A program made the translations under genes and the position numbers. Below the pieces are notes generated by a model that ran no database searches, was not told the DNA's origin, and worked only from the letters and a program-made list of their open reading frames with translations. DNA of 25,963 bases from a virus (Duplodnaviria > Caudoviricetes): positions 1 through 25,963 of the IMG/VR virus record IMGVR_UViG_3300025103_000137; one strand, 5' to 3'. This document shows positions 14,970 through 22,880 of the stretch, piece after piece; position 1 is the first letter of the stretch, and every line of letters starts with the position of its first letter.

Positions 14970-16930
14970 ACACACTACCAAATGACTACCAAAATTTTAT
15001 AGCACTGAGCAGATACGCTAGGTGGCTACCTGATAAAAACAGGAGAGAGACATGGCAAGAGACAGTTGCTAGATACTTCGATTTCATGGAAGAACATTTA
15101 AAAGAAAATACTAACCAAGAGTTAGTACCTAAGACTCGTAAGATTCTTGAAGATGCAGTGCTTAATCTAGAAGTTATGCCAAGCATGAGAGCCTTAATGA
15201 CATCAGGTAAAGCACTTAAAGATAACAACATAGCTGGTTACAACTGTGCTTACCTTAGTGTTGACCACCCTAAAGCATTTGATGAGTGCCTCTATGTACT
15301 CATGCATGGTACTGGTGTAGGCTTTAGTGTAGAGAGACAGTCAGTCAACAAACTTCCAGAAGTACCTGAAGAAATGATTGATGTTGAGGACATAGTAGTT
15401 GTACAAGATAGCAAGGAAGGATGGCAGTCTGCATTCCGTAAACTAATTAACTACCTATATGATGGTGAGATGCCTAAGTGGGATTTCTCTAAGATTAGAC
15501 CTAAAGGTTCTAGGTTAGCTACCTTTGGTGGCAGAGCAAGTGGACCAGAGCCACTGCTTGACTTATTTAACTTCGCTACTAACTTATTTAAAGATGCAGT
15601 AGGTCGCAAGCTAACAAGTTATGAGTGTCATAGAATGATGTGTAAGATAGCAGAAGTGGTAGTTGTAGGTGGTGTGCGTAGGTCAGCACTTATATCTCTA
15701 TCGAACTTAACTGATGAGCGTATGCGTAACGCTAAGTCAGGTCAGTGGTGGTCAGACACACCAGAAATGGCACTCAGTAACAACAGTGTATGCTATACAG
15801 AGAAGCCAGACATTGGTATTTTTATGAAAGAATGGACTTCTTTATATGAGTCTAAGTCTGGTGAGCGTGGTATATTTAACAGAGAAGCGGCAATTAAACA
15901 GGTAGCTTCTATCGGTAGGCGTGACACCGACCATGACTTTGGTTGTAATCCATGTAGCGAAATCATCCTAAGAGATGGTCAATTTTGCAACTTAACAGAG
16001 GTAGTGATACGAGCAACAGACACACAAAAAGATATGCTCCGTAAGGTAAGATTAGCCACCATACTGGGCACATTTCAGGCAAGTCTTACTAACATTAAGA
16101 GACTTAGACCGAAATGGGTTAAAAATACAGAAGAAGAAGCCTTGCTTGGAGTGTCATTAACTGGTATAATGGACAACAGTTTCATGAATGGCAGTAATAC
16201 TGATAGAGGTTACTATGGTAAACGGAACTTACCAGACTTTCTTTCTGACTTAAAGAAGGAAACAGTTAAAACTAATGAGCATTGGTCAGAACTACTAGGC
16301 ATTAGTCAAGCAACTGCAACAACAGCAATTAAACCTAGTGGTACAGTCAGCCAATTAGTAGACAGTGCAAGTGGTATACACACTAGGCACAACGACTACT
16401 ATTTCCGTAGAGTAAGAGCAGATGCTAAAGACCCTATCGCTCAGCTCATGGAAGACCAAGGCATACCTTGTGAAGCTGATGTAATGAAGCCCAACAGTGT
16501 TAAAGTATTTACCTTCCCAATGAAAGCACCTGATGGTGCTATACTGAGGAATGAAAGAACTGCTATAGAACAACTAGAGTTATGGCTTACATATCAAAGA
16601 TATTATTGTGAGCATAAGCCTAGTGTAACCGTAAGTGTAAGAGAGCATGAGTGGATGGAAGTAGGTGCGTGGGTATACAAGCACTTTGATGAAGTCAGTG
16701 GTGTTAGTTTCTTACCACACTCCGACCACTCCTACCAACAAGCACCTTATGAAGATTGTACTAAAGCAGAGTACACCAAACTAGCTAAGAAGATGCCTAA
16801 GTCAGTAGACTGGGATTTGATTAGCCAGTACGAGTTGACAGATATGACAGTAGGTACTAAATCATTAGCATGTACTGGTAGTGTCTGTGAACTTGTTGAC
16901 TTAGTTGAAGAAGAGAGGGATGTAGAATGA
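14966..16930 (+). CDS. nrdJ: Ribonucleotide reductase, class II (adenosylcobalamin-dependent, RTPR-like)
   Basis: PSMRAL, YNC, GTGVG, VGGVRRSA, NPCSE, CNLTE, KPSGTVS and C-terminal AC...C. No beta-subunit gene nearby. Confidence 0.88.
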   Translation: MNTLPNDYQNFIALSRYARWLPDKNRRETWQETVARYFDFMEEHLKENTNQELVPKTRKILEDAVLNLEVMPSMRALMTSGKALKDNNIAGYNCAYLSVDHPKAFDECLYVLMHGTGVGFSVERQSVNKLPEVPEEMIDVEDIVVVQDSKEGWQSAFRKLINYLYDGEMPKWDFSKIRPKGSRLATFGGRASGPEPLLDLFNFATNLFKDAVGRKLTSYECHRMMCKIAEVVVVGGVRRSALISLSNLTDERMRNAKSGQWWSDTPEMALSNNSVCYTEKPDIGIFMKEWTSLYESKSGERGIFNREAAIKQVASIGRRDTDHDFGCNPCSEIILRDGQFCNLTEVVIRATDTQKDMLRKVRLATILGTFQASLTNIKRLRPKWVKNTEEEALLGVSLTGIMDNSFMNGSNTDRGYYGKRNLPDFLSDLKKETVKTNEHWSELLGISQATATTAIKPSGTVSQLVDSASGIHTRHNDYYFRRVRADAKDPIAQLMEDQGIPCEADVMKPNSVKVFTFPMKAPDGAILRNERTAIEQLELWLTYQRYYCEHKPSVTVSVREHEWMEVGAWVYKHFDEVSGVSFLPHSDHSYQQAPYEDCTKAEYTKLAKKMPKSVDWDLISQYELTDMTVGTKSLACTGSVCELVDLVEEERDVE

Positions 16931-16989
16931 TAGAAACAGCATTGCTTATCTTAGCACTTCAACTAATCATTATAAAAATGTTAGACTAA
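16927..16989 (+). CDS. Possible 20-aa hydrophobic micropeptide (MIETALLILALQLIIIKMLD)
   Basis: ATGA overlap with the RNR stop, GAGGGA RBS. Confidence 0.4.
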   Translation: MIETALLILALQLIIIKMLD

Positions 16990-17003
16990 TAAAGGAGTAA
17001 GTT

Positions 17004-17243
17004 ATGTTAGAGAAAATAAAGAATGGTGCTGATGGTGCTATAGATGTAGGTATTAAGTTGATTAGCTTATCAATTGTATTACAGATTATCTTTGGACAAA
17101 AGGTAGCCTTCCTTACAGGAAATGTAATTGGTTCTATACTTGATATAGTTTGGACTCTTGGTAATGCAGGACTAGCAGGAATAATCGCAGCCGGTATTAT
17201 TTGGAAACTACTCGATAAAGATATAACGAGTGGAGGCAAGTAA
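17004..17243 (+). CDS. Small multi-TM membrane protein
   Basis: 79 aa, two to three Gly/Ile-rich hydrophobic segments, AAGGAG RBS. Confidence 0.75.
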   Translation: MLEKIKNGADGAIDVGIKLISLSIVLQIIFGQKVAFLTGNVIGSILDIVWTLGNAGLAGIIAAGIIWKLLDKDITSGGK

Positions 17244-17364
17244 GCCAATCAAGAAACCTAGTGGTCTTGTTCAACTAGACAAGACTGCTAGACTCTACAA
17301 AGAATTACAAAAGAAAAAAAATAAACCTAGCCCAAGGCTTTGGAAATCTGATTGGAGAAAGTAA
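17230..17364 (+). CDS. Possible basic 44-aa protein (GTG start)
   Basis: Open frame MEASKPIKKPSGLVQLDK...DWRK coupled by TAATG to the next gene. Weak RBS. Confidence 0.35.
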   Translation: MEASKPIKKPSGLVQLDKTARLYKELQKKKNKPSPRLWKSDWRK

Positions 17365-17510
17365 TGAAGTTACTGATTATCCCACTTCTTATTGTTACCT
17401 TAATAGGGTGCAGTGTGCTAGAAGATAAACTAAACATAGAACAACAAGAATACTTAGAATGCAAGCCACCAGAAAGTACATTATGCATAGGGTGGAAGTA
17501 TGAAAAATAA
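17364..17510 (+). CDS. Small lipoprotein (48 aa)
   Basis: MKLLIIPLLIVTLIG-C signal with an LIGC lipobox, two further Cys residues, GGAGA RBS. Confidence 0.7.
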   Translation: MKLLIIPLLIVTLIGCSVLEDKLNIEQQEYLECKPPESTLCIGWKYEK

Positions 17511-17940
17511 AGGAATACTTCCATTACCTGTGTTTACAAGAGGCAGAGGAGAAAAGAAAAAGGAACACTTAGTTAGTTTAAACAATTTCTTTCCTATGCA
17601 TTTTATACAAAAGAACAATGTTAAACGAGCCTATCACGATACTGTCATGGAATGGGTACACACACTACCTAAATACAAAACCATACAGCCCCATTATAAG
17701 CTATACTTTAAAACAAAACACAAAAGAGATTTAGATAACTACACATTTACTATGCATAAGTTTCTTATGGATGCATTAGTAGAAGGTGAGGTTATTGAGG
17801 ATGACCATTACGAGATTGTAACTAAGGTTACTACAGAAATTGGTGGATTAGATACGGACAACTATGTTGTTGTCGAAATAAAAGGAGAGGAACTTGGCAC
17901 TGAACAAGAGCAAGGACATAAAGGAATTAAAGAAGTTTGA
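17500..17940 (+). CDS. rusA: RusA-like Holliday junction resolvase
   Basis: SLN motif and RDLDN...K...DAL.....IEDD catalytic signature. Confidence 0.8.
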   Translation: MKNKGILPLPVFTRGRGEKKKEHLVSLNNFFPMHFIQKNNVKRAYHDTVMEWVHTLPKYKTIQPHYKLYFKTKHKRDLDNYTFTMHKFLMDALVEGEVIEDDHYEIVTKVTTEIGGLDTDNYVVVEIKGEELGTEQEQGHKGIKEV

Positions 17941-18292
17941 TGTAGACCTAGAGTTTGGTCAGCAATGGGAGAAGCACATAGATGAGATGTTCTCAGGTGC
18001 TAAGAAGTGTGAAGTTAAAACAGAGAGAGATAAGTGGGCGAGTACAGGTAACATCTGCATTGAGACTGAAAGCTATGGTAAGCCATCAGGATTAACTAGC
18101 ACAGAGGCTGAGTTGTGGGTACATAATTTAGTTAAGGATGGAGAGTTGTGTTGTAGCTTAGTATTTAACACAGACAAACTACGAAAAACAATGGAAGAAA
18201 TGAAACCTTACACTGTTATGGGCGGAGATAACAAAGCCTCTAAGATGTACTTAGTTAATATAGCTAAGCTCTTGAAGGCTGTTTCTTCTTAG
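17894..18292 (+). CDS. Hypothetical phage protein, possible PD-(D/E)XK-like
   Basis: TTG start with GGAGAGG RBS; EVKTE...TGNI.IE...KPSG motif. Confidence 0.65.
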   Translation: MALNKSKDIKELKKFDVDLEFGQQWEKHIDEMFSGAKKCEVKTERDKWASTGNICIETESYGKPSGLTSTEAELWVHNLVKDGELCCSLVFNTDKLRKTMEEMKPYTVMGGDNKASKMYLVNIAKLLKAVSS

Positions 18293-18416
18293 ACCCTTTC
18301 TTTTTATCATAACCCCAATTAATATCTGACAAGCCTTTGTCAATAGCCTGTTGTAATGGCGGAGATTTTATATTCTGAAATCCCGGTTGGTTATCTAAGT
18401 CTATACATTTTCTCAT
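18264..18416 (-). CDS. Small basic protein (50 aa, MRKCIDLDNQPGFQ...), last gene of the structural arm
   Basis: Hand-translated. AGGAGA RBS, starts 2 nt after the stop of the 1115-aa gene. Confidence 0.55.
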   Translation of the reverse strand: MRKCIDLDNQPGFQNIKSPPLQQAIDKGLSDINWGYDKKKGSKKKQPSRA

Positions 18417-18418
18417 TA

Positions 18419-21400
18419 CTAATCTCCTAAGAAATATTCCTGTCCAATTCTACCAGTAGTAGCATTTAAAAATATTTTATACATTTCTTCCGCAGTATCC
18501 CCTATTGGTTCGTCACCCATAATCTTTTTCAAGAAACCATCAACATATGCCGGACCCGGACCTGCAATGTAACCTGCAACTTTAGCATCCCCAAGCTCTC
18601 CTATCAATGGAATACCAACAGCACTTACTGTTTCTAAGACACCTCTTTCTTCCTCTACCCCTTTAATAGCATCCTTGATTGCCATAGCTAATGCAGCCAT
18701 TCCTATTGCAGCACTTATGGATGAAATCGCAGCCATCTTGCCCACAAAATCAGAAGAACAAAACTTAGGATTTAACTTAGCGTTAACTCTCCTAGCTATT
18801 GTATTACCAAATAATATAGGGAAAGATTTAAGCTGAGCAATTAACATGAGATTAGGGTCTGACATCCAGAGTGGGCGATTACCAGCAGTAGGCTCAAGTG
18901 CTACATCTGTTGTTATCTTACGCATCCAAGGAATCATTACATCCCTTACAGAAATAGTGTTGCCTTTTGAATTTACAAATGTACTGTCTAAGAATGAATC
19001 ATCTAGTATAGCATTTTTAATGTTACCATTAGCAAGAGCACCTACCTTTTCAAAGTCTGACATGCTCAATCCATTTTCTTTTAGTTCTTGTAACAACAAT
19101 CTTTTCTTTGTCTTACTTAAATTATTTATGTTGTTTAACTGGTCTTGTATCATATTTAAACCAGCAGCAGCAGTCCATACTCTAACAGCGTTTGTATATT
19201 GTGTTAAAAACATAGCACCCGGGCTACGGAAGAAATAGTTTAATGCAACATTCCTATCCCCTGCCATTAGTTTGTCTATTCTTTCAGACATTTGTGGTTG
19301 CATTGCCATGCCCATAACTCTAAGTAAGTCTCGGCCAAAAGAAGTCCTCGCATCTTTTCCTTCTGCCCCTCCATAAATAGAACGAGCTAACCCTTTCAAT
19401 GCATATCCAGCCACAGTAGGTGAAGCCTTAAGCATGTTGTACCATCCAGTTCTTTGTCCAATCCACATAGGTTCAGTCCAAGAACTTATGGTAGCTAGCC
19501 CTAAGTAACTAATAGAAGTTACTGTAGACAAACCTTTCATAGCTTGTATAGCAGCCCGTTGCTCAGGTGTCTTTGGTTTTTTGTATACATTATGGTATGC
19601 ATCATAAATGCCCCATAGTTTTTCTACTTGAGCTGAGTCAACTGCACCTGATTTAATTAAGGTGTTAATAGCATCGTTATATTTATTAGCTTTGTCTCCG
19701 CCAAATGCCTCTGCTGATGCCATTCTTGTAACAGCACTAAACAAATACCTTTCTATAGAATCTAATGTATCTTCATTCCTAAACTCAGGAGAAAGATTAT
19801 CCCACTTACCATCTCTTGCTCTTTCAAAAGAAGATATTCCCATGCCACCATCTGTAGCTTCTGCCCTAATTTGCTCAGAAGTAAATACATTTGGGTCAAC
19901 ATCGTTTAGTACATTTTGTAATACTAAATCTGCTTCGACTGTACTAAGACCAACATCTTTTACTAAACTCTCTTTAAATCTTTCTGGATTCTTTTTTACT
20001 TTTTTGTAATCAATGCCTCTGCTCAAGTAACCTTCTTGGTGTCCAATAGTTAAACCATCTTTGCCCAGTGTTTTAGTTAAAGCCTGATAAATACTTTCTT
20101 GTATATCAGCAATGTCTTTTATACTAGCATCTAATTCTTTTTTCTTTCTCTTACCCAAAGCTCTAGTTACTTCAGCCTCAGCTTCTTGTAAATTGTACAA
20201 AGGACTAGCGTTACCTTCTTCCAACTTAGCTGCTATGTATTTATTGACAGAAGGTCTAACACTACTAGCCATTTCTCCCATAAGTGCAACATGTCGAGTC
20301 CATTTATTTTTAACTTTCTCAAACTTGTTTATATAATCACCTATGTACTTATGTCTTAATGTTTCAAAAGACTTAGATACATCTTGAGATTCACCGCTTC
20401 CAGTAGAAACATCTGTAATTGGAGAAGCTACTGACATAAAAGCTGCCATCTCCTTACCTGTCTGCACTTTGTTTCGTATATCAGGAAGACCATCTGTTGC
20501 TCTTCTTAGTAACACATTAGCAGCTGCGTCTTTAATATTAGTAAGAAACCCTTTAGGGTCTGCCTCTGCATTAAACAGCTCAGGAATTACATCTTCTACA
20601 TTTGCATCAATGTCTTTTTTTGGTGGCCTAATATTTACCATTGCATCCGGCTGTCTAACAACAGGACCTACACCAGCAGTAGCTACACCTGCTTTAGTCA
20701 TTGTATTAAACTGTTTTAGTAACTCATCATACTGCTTCTTATACTCGTTTACATTTAAAGTATACTGTTCACCAGCAGCTGCTTTTCTGCGAGCATCTTC
20801 AAAGTCTAAAATTAATTTGTCTTTTTTACGACTTCTGTTTACATCTGTAGCTTTACTAAGTGCAACAGGAGAACCATAGACACCACCACCAGCAGCACCT
20901 ACTACAAAATCAGTAGCTAAGTCGTTCTTGTCTAACCCCTCTAAACCTAATGCAGAAGTACGCATTGTGTTTATTTGTTGTGCAGTTTCTGTAGCACCTT
21001 CTATGCCTGCTGACTGAGCAGTTTGTTTTGCCCCTTTGTACAGCATAGCACCTATTTTTTCTTTATCTGTTTCTTTTAAATTCTTAGCTATTTGTTTAAA
21101 AGATTTTTTAGCAGGCAATCCTGCTTTGTTTAAAGACCTAGCCCATACATTAGGAAGTACAAAATCTAATCCTGCATTTTGTATAGCAGTCCAACTAGCC
21201 CTGCCTATTTCCTTATCTGTTAATTCATCTACTGTTTTGTTATCAGCAGCAGCATGTGTTTCTACCGCTTCATCTAATAACATTAAATAATTCATTCCGG
21301 CAGCAGCACCTGTTATACCAGCACCAATAAGTTTAGTAGCACCCGGTCCTTTCATCATAAGATTTTGACCTAGTGTTAAACCAAACATAGTTATTGCAGA

Positions 21401-21766
21401 AGCAGCACCATTTTCTGCTAACTTCTCACCAATAAATCCCGGCATGTCTGACAAAGACTGGTCAAATATTCCTCCTTCATACTCAGGGATATATTCTTCC
21501 ATGCCCTGCTCGCCTGCCTGTTGCATCTTACCTGCGTAATCTTTTACGTTTAAAGGCAACTCAGTACCCATTCTAGGCAACAACTCAGACAAGCCCCTGC
21601 CTGATGCTCTCATTAATCTATCTATTGAATAATCAAAAGCTGAGCCACTACCACTTGAATTAAAATCAAAGTTATTATAATAATCTTCACTTAGCTCAGG
21701 AGACGAAGCACTGCCAAAATCAAAATCGGCAAAAGGATGTTCTTCTTCTTCTTTTCTTGTAGCCAT
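18419..21766 (-). CDS. Large internal virion / DNA ejection protein
   Basis: 1115 aa, helical, with Gly/Ala-rich hydrophobic segments and an EGATE..QQ motif. Last large gene of the virion cluster. Confidence 0.65.
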   Translation of the reverse strand: MATRKEEEEHPFADFDFGSASSPELSEDYYNNFDFNSSGSGSAFDYSIDRLMRASGRGLSELLPRMGTELPLNVKDYAGKMQQAGEQGMEEYIPEYEGGIFDQSLSDMPGFIGEKLAENGAASAITMFGLTLGQNLMMKGPGATKLIGAGITGAAAGMNYLMLLDEAVETHAAADNKTVDELTDKEIGRASWTAIQNAGLDFVLPNVWARSLNKAGLPAKKSFKQIAKNLKETDKEKIGAMLYKGAKQTAQSAGIEGATETAQQINTMRTSALGLEGLDKNDLATDFVVGAAGGGVYGSPVALSKATDVNRSRKKDKLILDFEDARRKAAAGEQYTLNVNEYKKQYDELLKQFNTMTKAGVATAGVGPVVRQPDAMVNIRPPKKDIDANVEDVIPELFNAEADPKGFLTNIKDAAANVLLRRATDGLPDIRNKVQTGKEMAAFMSVASPITDVSTGSGESQDVSKSFETLRHKYIGDYINKFEKVKNKWTRHVALMGEMASSVRPSVNKYIAAKLEEGNASPLYNLQEAEAEVTRALGKRKKKELDASIKDIADIQESIYQALTKTLGKDGLTIGHQEGYLSRGIDYKKVKKNPERFKESLVKDVGLSTVEADLVLQNVLNDVDPNVFTSEQIRAEATDGGMGISSFERARDGKWDNLSPEFRNEDTLDSIERYLFSAVTRMASAEAFGGDKANKYNDAINTLIKSGAVDSAQVEKLWGIYDAYHNVYKKPKTPEQRAAIQAMKGLSTVTSISYLGLATISSWTEPMWIGQRTGWYNMLKASPTVAGYALKGLARSIYGGAEGKDARTSFGRDLLRVMGMAMQPQMSERIDKLMAGDRNVALNYFFRSPGAMFLTQYTNAVRVWTAAAGLNMIQDQLNNINNLSKTKKRLLLQELKENGLSMSDFEKVGALANGNIKNAILDDSFLDSTFVNSKGNTISVRDVMIPWMRKITTDVALEPTAGNRPLWMSDPNLMLIAQLKSFPILFGNTIARRVNAKLNPKFCSSDFVGKMAAISSISAAIGMAALAMAIKDAIKGVEEERGVLETVSAVGIPLIGELGDAKVAGYIAGPGPAYVDGFLKKIMGDEPIGDTAEEMYKIFLNATTGRIGQEYFLGD

Positions 21767-21775
21767 TTACTACCT

Positions 21776-22843
21776 CTATTTAGTTGCTGCTGCTTTTGCT
21801 TTTGCTTGGTCTCTTTCGTCTTCTAACAATTTCATTATTTCTGCATGCGTAAGTATAACACCATGTCTAGTAAAAGCTGCGTTTTGTATAGTTCTATATC
21901 TACCTATCATATTAGAAGCTGCTTTTTCTCTATCAGCTTCGCTTCTAAATTTAAACCATCCTTTCTTCGGTGTAAATATATTTTCTAAATCTTCTCTGCT
22001 CATGTCAACAGCATTAAATGCAGCAGTGTCTGGTTTACCAGCAGCAGCCTTAGTTGCCTGAGCTTTTTCATAAGCTACTAAAGGATTTTCTCCCCTGTCT
22101 TGTAAGTTTCTACCATAGTAATCCATAAGCATACCTAACTTATTTATAGTAGCTGGGTCTTTCATGCCTGCTTTAAATCTATCAGAAAAACTTTTCTTTG
22201 CTTCTTCCTCTTCTTTACTTCCTCTACCCTTAGCTAAATCATCTGCTGCTTTTTCATCTGCTATTCTCTGCTCTTCTTCAGTTTTAGTTTCAGTTTTTTC
22301 TTCTTCAGTTGTTTCGCCTGTTACATTAAAAATACCTCTGTCAAGTTCTTCTTGAACAGAATCTGCTTCAAACATTTCTGATGCAACATTGCCAGCATAG
22401 CCTAATTTAGCAGCAGTTTTTAACTTCATAAACCTTTTAGCAAACAAAGACACAGCACCGGCAGTTGTAGCTTTTACAGGATTTTCCTGTATAAACTTAA
22501 CAGTAGCAGCCCTTAACTCTGGGTCAGTCATGTTTTTTATCATTGTAGCAATCTCAGGAGCAGGATTAAGCACATCAATTAAACCACCCACATAAGGAGT
22601 TTCAGCTAATTCTGCTGAGTTACTTATCCAAGCATCCGGACTTGCTAGGTTTTTAATACCACTTATTATATTGTTTCTATCTAAAAAACCAGCCTGCCCT
22701 ACAGGAACTTCTTCTATTTCTTCTCTATTAAAAGCATTGCGAACTTGGTTTATTTCTGAGAATGTACCTCCTACTGCATCACAAGATGCTTTGTCATTAG
22801 CAAATGGAACTAATGCTCCATTAGCATTTGTACAATAACCCAT
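21776..22843 (-). CDS. Putative internal virion protein
   Basis: 355 aa, position within the ejection-protein cluster, AGGAGA RBS. Confidence 0.55.
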   Translation of the reverse strand: MGYCTNANGALVPFANDKASCDAVGGTFSEINQVRNAFNREEIEEVPVGQAGFLDRNNIISGIKNLASPDAWISNSAELAETPYVGGLIDVLNPAPEIATMIKNMTDPELRAATVKFIQENPVKATTAGAVSLFAKRFMKLKTAAKLGYAGNVASEMFEADSVQEELDRGIFNVTGETTEEEKTETKTEEEQRIADEKAADDLAKGRGSKEEEEAKKSFSDRFKAGMKDPATINKLGMLMDYYGRNLQDRGENPLVAYEKAQATKAAAGKPDTAAFNAVDMSREDLENIFTPKKGWFKFRSEADREKAASNMIGRYRTIQNAAFTRHGVILTHAEIMKLLEDERDQAKAKAAATK

Positions 22844-22880
22844 TATCTTTCTCCTTTAAATTTGTAATTCATATTTTTTT

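Noticed and set aside
11366-16930. Inteins, introns or a DnaJ-type zinc-finger insertion in PolA or RNR
   Set aside because: Both ORFs are continuous and compact, with no intein termini or CxxCxGxG repeats seen.
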